A program made the translations under genes and the position numbers. This document shows, piece after piece, positions 59,353 through 64,000 of a stretch of DNA of 64,000 bases. The DNA is from a virus (taxonomy: Duplodnaviria > Caudoviricetes). The stretch is taken from the IMG/VR virus record IMGVR_UViG_2597490325_000001, positions 198,392-262,391 of that record; one strand, 5' to 3'. Below the pieces are notes generated by a model. It was not told the origin of the DNA. It did no database searches and worked only from the letters and a program-made list of their open reading frames with translations. Position 1 is the stretch's first letter; every line of letters starts with the position of its first letter.

Positions 59353-59736
59353 ATGTTCGTCAATAAACTTAAATTACATACATCTAAAGATCTAAATAAA
59401 TTAGAAGATGGTTACACCCATTCAATTATTGAGTCAACCAATATTAAAACTCTTGGAATATTCAGTAATGATTTAGCTACCAGAACCGATACTCTTTCAA
59501 AATATCATACTAAACTAGAAGCCCTTACCTTACACTACTTTCTTGACATAAACCCTATGATACGATACCACTGGAAATTCTTAGATATTATGAACTCTTT
59601 GAATCAAACGTGTCGTAGACCCAAGCTCCTAAACCTTTTAAGAAATGCACCACAGTCAAATGACTTTGATGACTATCTCTTAAACAACCGTCTCCCTCCA
59701 ATAAAATTCTTTATCCACACCGAGGACAACCACTAA
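59353..59736 (+). CDS. Hypothetical, array 2 (C-rich coding strand)
   Basis: RBS AAGGA; 127 aa. Confidence 0.6.
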   Translation: MFVNKLKLHTSKDLNKLEDGYTHSIIESTNIKTLGIFSNDLATRTDTLSKYHTKLEALTLHYFLDINPMIRYHWKFLDIMNSLNQTCRRPKLLNLLRNAPQSNDFDDYLLNNRLPPIKFFIHTEDNH

Positions 59737-59737
59737 A

Positions 59738-60157
59738 ATGTATATCACTTCAGTCCAACTCATGCTCAAACCCAAATCCAATAATCCCTCAGAGGTACGT
59801 GTAGTAAATTCGTTAAATGCAGACGTCCTTAAAATAGCAGGTTCAGAAGCCCTTAGCCGCCAATTATCTTTAATGGATTTCTTTAGCGTAGCCCACTTAC
59901 CTTCAACCATCATCGAAGAACTAAAAATCCTTCCAGTCTTCGATAAATTTCACATCACGATAAAAGATCAGTATGGGGATAGCGCTACATCCGATGAGGA
60001 TGAATGTGACGAAGAAGAAGGAGAATACGCATCTAAAGGTACTAATGAGATTGAAAGGTGGGGTATCTATAACAGACGTTATAATTCTCATGATGATCTC
60101 AAATCTGATGTAGATTATAAGAAATTACGTAGTATGGTATTTCATATAGAGTGGTAG
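59738..60157 (+). CDS. Hypothetical, array 2 (spans the GC-skew switch)
   Basis: RBS GAGGA; 139 aa with an acidic insert. Confidence 0.6.
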   Translation: MYITSVQLMLKPKSNNPSEVRVVNSLNADVLKIAGSEALSRQLSLMDFFSVAHLPSTIIEELKILPVFDKFHITIKDQYGDSATSDEDECDEEEGEYASKGTNEIERWGIYNRRYNSHDDLKSDVDYKKLRSMVFHIEW

Positions 60158-60214
60158 AGTACCTAAGAGAGTATATAAGAATATTAATACGTAAAATATA
60201 GGAAATTTTGAGCT

Positions 60215-60508
60215 ATGGATAAAATTTCGATATACCATGATAATAAGTCAGAAAAATTAAGATTTTCTTATAAAATAATTCCGTTACAAACAAAGATAGA
60301 ACAAAAGAAGTTTGAGATCTTAGCTGAGAGGTTATCAATCTTAGAGAACTTTCCGGTTAGTGGTCACTTAAGCGAATTAGAGATAGTCTCACCCATATAT
60401 AATATTAGTATAGACCCTTGGGATTTATATGAAACTTGTTCTACTTCAGAAATGACTAATTACAGCATGACTAGCCGAGTTAAACTCTTTATAATTGGAA
60501 GAAGTTGA
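60215..60508 (+). CDS. Hypothetical, array 2
   Basis: 97-aa ORF. Confidence 0.6.
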   Translation: MDKISIYHDNKSEKLRFSYKIIPLQTKIEQKKFEILAERLSILENFPVSGHLSELEIVSPIYNISIDPWDLYETCSTSEMTNYSMTSRVKLFIIGRS

Positions 60509-60782
60509 TATGAAGGTATATTATGCCATTTACTATCCAATTGATAATGAGGATGATGATTACTCTCCTGAAGAAGTTAGACATCTCAAAGAAAATGAAA
60601 TTGATAATACTCTAAAAGAATTAAGAGATGATTCTCTAACCAATGACCATATAAGTGAATGTATGAGGGCTTTAGTTCAGTTATGGAGAGGAGTTCCATT
60701 TATTCTGACTTTTATGGGTAGAGAGTATAGAAGTCAGACTATTTTTATCTCTTTACCTGAGAAATCTATATTTAAGAGGTAA
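60495..60782 (+). CDS. Hypothetical, array 2
   Basis: Likely start at ATG 60510 (MKVYY). Confidence 0.6.
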   Translation: MEEVDMKVYYAIYYPIDNEDDDYSPEEVRHLKENEIDNTLKELRDDSLTNDHISECMRALVQLWRGVPFILTFMGREYRSQTIFISLPEKSIFKR

Positions 60783-60784
60783 AT

Positions 60785-61042
60785 GTGTTTATTTATAAAG
60801 AACGATTTCACCATAGTTGGAAGGATGTAGGTAAATCTAAGCCTGAAATGAAAATTATATACATGAAGGAATCTATTAGAGTAATATATGAATTAAGAAT
60901 GCATATATTCTTTGGTGATACAGTTAGTGTATTTACCGCGTCCATTAATTTACTTTTTAGAGGATTTACATTCTCAATAGATACTAAAGCTATGGATAAC
61001 AACGTATATATTCCACCGCATAAAAAGTGTATGTTCCGATGA
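60785..61042 (+). CDS. Hypothetical, array 2
   Basis: RBS GAGGT, GTG start. Confidence 0.6.
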   Translation: MFIYKERFHHSWKDVGKSKPEMKIIYMKESIRVIYELRMHIFFGDTVSVFTASINLLFRGFTFSIDTKAMDNNVYIPPHKKCMFR

Positions 61043-61287
61043 AAATTATATCCGTTGGTAGAACTTTAAGATGTTTTCCAAGATATGAAAGACTACTCGA
61101 AAGAGAGGAAGGAGAATTACTTGAAAGTACACTGAGATTAACTTATAAAGTTGTAGGTGATATAGGAGAAGATACTCATTCAGCTACTTTGATATGTAAT
61201 GTATTTATTCATTGTATTAGAAAGGATTATGCTGTTAAGGAAGTAATGCGACAATTTGTAATTAAGCCGGAGATTAATTTCCTCTAA
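61027..61287 (+). CDS. Hypothetical, array 2
   Basis: Likely start at ATG 61039 (MKIIS). Confidence 0.6.
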   Translation: MYVPMKIISVGRTLRCFPRYERLLEREEGELLESTLRLTYKVVGDIGEDTHSATLICNVFIHCIRKDYAVKEVMRQFVIKPEINFL

Positions 61288-61517
61288 TGAAAATTATACG
61301 GACTAGAGAATCAAAAACAAAAGTCAGAGTAAAAGCTAGAGACTTTGAATTATATTACAATCATGTTGCATCTGCATGTGCAGGATTAGATTGGCAGGGA
61401 GAAGGGGAAAATCATCACGATATTATACATTTAGAGAGTAATTCTTTTCCCGATTTTGAAGGAATATATCACGTAGTAACCTTTAGAAATACTTGGTACG
61501 CTAATGAAAACCTATAA
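61287..61517 (+). CDS. Hypothetical, array 2
   Basis: TAATG coupling, RBS GGAG. Confidence 0.6.
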   Translation: MKIIRTRESKTKVRVKARDFELYYNHVASACAGLDWQGEGENHHDIIHLESNSFPDFEGIYHVVTFRNTWYANENL

Positions 61518-61716
61518 GTATCCTCTCTACCTGCTACCAACACCATATACGATGATTAGCGCCACACTCTTTTTTAATACTCCTAAAACGTATGATAATA
61601 TAGTAAAATTTATCAAAACTGAAGGAAAATTCTCATCTATTATTAAAATTAATGAAAATCATAACGTGCATATAACTTTTAAATGGAAAAGAGTATTTTT
61701 CAATGAAAATTCTTAA
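61504..61716 (+). CDS. Hypothetical, array 2
   Basis: Overlap coupling. Confidence 0.55.
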   Translation: MKTYKYPLYLLPTPYTMISATLFFNTPKTYDNIVKFIKTEGKFSSIIKINENHNVHITFKWKRVFFNENS

Positions 61717-61939
61717 AGGTTTTAGAAAAAAAGTTCCTAATACTGAAATTATTACAAATACTATCATTAATCCTAAATTAGTTCCTGCATCAGAAGCTTT
61801 AGATTTATTTGAAATGAGCTATGCTCCGTTATGTATGTTCTGTTTCTATACAGAAGATGTAGATAATGGGGGATGGGGTGATAATGAAGCTTTTCATGTG
61901 GAGTTCAGAAAGAACTTCTTAGTTAATCCGAGGAAATGA
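61703..61939 (+). CDS. Hypothetical, array 2
   Basis: Overlap coupling. Confidence 0.55.
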   Translation: MKILKGFRKKVPNTEIITNTIINPKLVPASEALDLFEMSYAPLCMFCFYTEDVDNGGWGDNEAFHVEFRKNFLVNPRK

Positions 61940-62142
61940 TGAAAATAAGTCGAAGTGAAAAGAACTCTGCTGGTATTTACAGAGAGTACAAAACTCCTTT
62001 AAGCTTTATAAGAGATTTAGACTTGATGTTAGACGATATTGCAGTAGATTATGCAAGAATCTTTACTAAACGACTTAATTACCCACATACGGCTAAATGG
62101 TTTGTGTTTGATAAGAATTGGTTGGTTAATTCTACTATGTAA
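61936..62142 (+). CDS. Hypothetical, array 2
   Basis: ATGA coupling, RBS GAGGA. Confidence 0.55.
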   Translation: MMKISRSEKNSAGIYREYKTPLSFIRDLDLMLDDIAVDYARIFTKRLNYPHTAKWFVFDKNWLVNSTM

Positions 62143-62155
62143 AAGGATAACTGCA

Positions 62156-62404
62156 ATGCTTACTGTCCAAATCGACTTTGCTATCAGACCTATTCCTCAA
62201 ATAGTACGTAAATGGGCGATGTCTGTAGCGAATCATAAACTACAAGAAATGGAACTTCTTAAAGAAAATTCATACCATGCATTTTATAGTAATATTTGTG
62301 AAGAATTCTTTTATAATAAGTCAGATAATGATATTTGTTTCTTTAATGAGTTTGGCGGCTTACAAGAATCTGTATATAATATGTGGAAAAGAAGACTTAT
62401 ATGA
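62156..62404 (+). CDS. Hypothetical, array 2
   Basis: Track ORF 62051..62404; the better start is ATG 62156 (MLTVQ) with RBS AAGGA. Confidence 0.55.
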   Translation: MLTVQIDFAIRPIPQIVRKWAMSVANHKLQEMELLKENSYHAFYSNICEEFFYNKSDNDICFFNEFGGLQESVYNMWKRRLI

Positions 62405-62676
62405 AATCTATAAATATTTATGATGAAAATAAGTATAATGATGAACCTCATTCAAAAACTGCATCAGATACTCTTGTAATACCAAAATCAATAATTTATG
62501 ATTGGGTAGCGACTCCATTTTCAGAATACACTAAAGGAATACTTGTAACATATCAGACTATCCCAGGAACAACAACTGCTAGGAATGGTAGAGTGTATTC
62601 AAAGGGTGATTTTATGCAATTTAATATCTATCCTTTTATAGAAGGAGTGTGGGATTCTAACCATGTATCTACATAA
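62383..62676 (+). CDS. Hypothetical, array 2
   Basis: Likely start at ATG 62401 (MKSIN). Confidence 0.55.
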   Translation: MEKKTYMKSINIYDENKYNDEPHSKTASDTLVIPKSIIYDWVATPFSEYTKGILVTYQTIPGTTTARNGRVYSKGDFMQFNIYPFIEGVWDSNHVST

Positions 62677-62920
62677 AGCTAAAAGATATTACAGTTCTTT
62701 CAAAGATTTCAATGAGTATATCAAAAATGGTAGAACCTTATGTAAATTAAAATTGAAAGGACTCATTCATGATATGATTAATGATGATGAAGAAAATTAT
62801 TCAGCACATACTATCCACACTTACATGTATGATGTAGATTTTAATTATAATCAACGATCCCCAATAAATAAAAATAAGCCTATCATAGAAATTTCATTTG
62901 TAAAGGATAATTATTTATGA
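62663..62920 (+). CDS. Hypothetical, array 2
   Basis: Overlap coupling. Confidence 0.55.
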   Translation: MYLHKAKRYYSSFKDFNEYIKNGRTLCKLKLKGLIHDMINDDEENYSAHTIHTYMYDVDFNYNQRSPINKNKPIIEISFVKDNYL

Positions 62921-63171
62921 AAACTATAAGAACTATAAAACACTTACCTTTTGATAGATATAATGAACAAATGACTAAGACTTTTCTGTTAGATCAGCCA
63001 ATTTCTAAGATTTTTATGATAAGAAAAGATGCAGAAGATTTTGATAATGAAAATAGATCGTACTTGTTTTATCACCAGAAGAAAATTTCACCTACAGAAG
63101 TAATTCGTATGGTAGATATTGATAACGATGTTAATCTTTTTAAGGAAAAACATGTACATTTCAAGAACTAA
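62917..63171 (+). CDS. Hypothetical, array 2
   Basis: ATGA coupling, RBS AAGGA. Confidence 0.6.
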   Translation: MKTIRTIKHLPFDRYNEQMTKTFLLDQPISKIFMIRKDAEDFDNENRSYLFYHQKKISPTEVIRMVDIDNDVNLFKEKHVHFKN

Positions 63172-63445
63172 TGAAAGAGAAATGAATTTTAAGCGTAAGT
63201 CTAATCCAAAAACAGTTAGAGAAATTTATACCAATCTTCTTCATGATGATTTTTCTCTACCTAAGTATAAAATGTATTTTGGCTTTGAAAATGAATTAAA
63301 GTTTTCAAATGTAACTATAATGTTTAAATACGTTAAGAGACCTTTCCATTCTCTTCAAACGATTTTTGATGTAAATGTAGAAATGTCTAATCGTTGGAAG
63401 TCACCTAAAGTTTCAGCAGTAATACAAGATGACAGTTTATCATAA
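63119..63445 (+). CDS. Hypothetical, array 2
   Basis: Likely start at MYISR with RBS AAGGA. Confidence 0.55.
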   Translation: MITMLIFLRKNMYISRTNEREMNFKRKSNPKTVREIYTNLLHDDFSLPKYKMYFGFENELKFSNVTIMFKYVKRPFHSLQTIFDVNVEMSNRWKSPKVSAVIQDDSLS

Positions 63446-63456
63446 GGAATTTAACT

Positions 63457-63684
63457 TTGAAAGCTTTATCAATTATCGATGATGAAGAACGTGAAGGTAG
63501 TATAAGAGACTATGATTATAAAATCTTAGAGCCTATAAATGAAATACTGGAGGATTTAGAAGAAGAGATAATGATTTCTGGAATAGGTGTAACTATGGTA
63601 GATACATTCGGAATGGATGAAAGTTTCTTTGATGCACACATCTTTCCAGTGGATTTAAAGGAGAGCTTTATAAGGTTTATGTAA
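63457..63684 (+). CDS. Hypothetical acidic protein, array 2
   Basis: RBS AAGGA, TTG start. Confidence 0.55.
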   Translation: MKALSIIDDEEREGSIRDYDYKILEPINEILEDLEEEIMISGIGVTMVDTFGMDESFFDAHIFPVDLKESFIRFM

Positions 63685-63909
63685 ATGAGACGATTAAAAG
63701 GTAAAGTAGTAGGAATTGATAATTTACTAAGATGGGATAGACAGTGGGGAGGAAGAATGTGGTTAGAGGGGAGCGCTTTTAATGATTATGATGTACTTTT
63801 TAAAGATACCGTTTTAGAATTTAAGTTAGCGGATACTTTTGAAGACGTTTATTCCCCATATTCACTATATCTTACTACTAAAGATGTCAAAAATGTTAGA
63901 GTATCATAA
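63685..63909 (+). CDS. Hypothetical, array 2
   Basis: Abuts the previous ORF, RBS AAGG. Confidence 0.55.
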   Translation: MRRLKGKVVGIDNLLRWDRQWGGRMWLEGSAFNDYDVLFKDTVLEFKLADTFEDVYSPYSLYLTTKDVKNVRVS

Positions 63910-64000
63910 TGAAAATCAAAAAGTTCAAGATGAAGTATGAATATGTATATCATGATTGGTTGCAACAAAATGCCGAAGAAATTATATGGGGATATCAAAA
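63909..64000 (+). CDS. Hypothetical, array 2, 3' truncated
   Basis: TAATG coupling; MKIKKF... open to the window end. Confidence 0.5.
   Translation, partial: MKIKKFKMKYEYVYHDWLQQNAEEIIWGYQ

Overview
AT-rich (about 30% GC by eye) 64-kb segment of a lytic jumbo myophage. It is most likely in the AR9/PBS1/phiR1-37-like group, because many late genes carry the AACA-N6-TR promoter and early genes carry TATATTAT. Enterobacterial-type tail fibres and chaperones point to a Gammaproteobacterial host. The minus strand holds late and virion modules: a Gp5/VgrG-like spike, a holin plus exported lytic transglycosylase, three giant Kelch beta-propeller proteins, two tail fibres with chaperones, a PAS-domain protein and a neck-like protein. 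The plus strand holds early and replication genes: a Dda/RecD helicase, an HNH nuclease, a MoxR AAA+/vWA pair, orphan HicB and two HigA antitoxins, SbcD, and GyrB, GyrA and a DnaB-like helicase. Each of the last three is split inside a conserved motif by a group I intron carrying a homing endonuclease at a different intron position. Two dense arrays of small, translationally coupled ORFs (39.1-41.5 kb and 56.2-64 kb) are headed by a near-identical hairpin. Other notable signals are a promoter-plus-terminator unit with no ORF (candidate sRNA, about 8480-8607) and a sharp GC-skew flip inside one ORF at about 59.96 kb. No tRNA, rRNA or CRISPR array was seen. All calls come from reading motifs by eye; no database searches were run.
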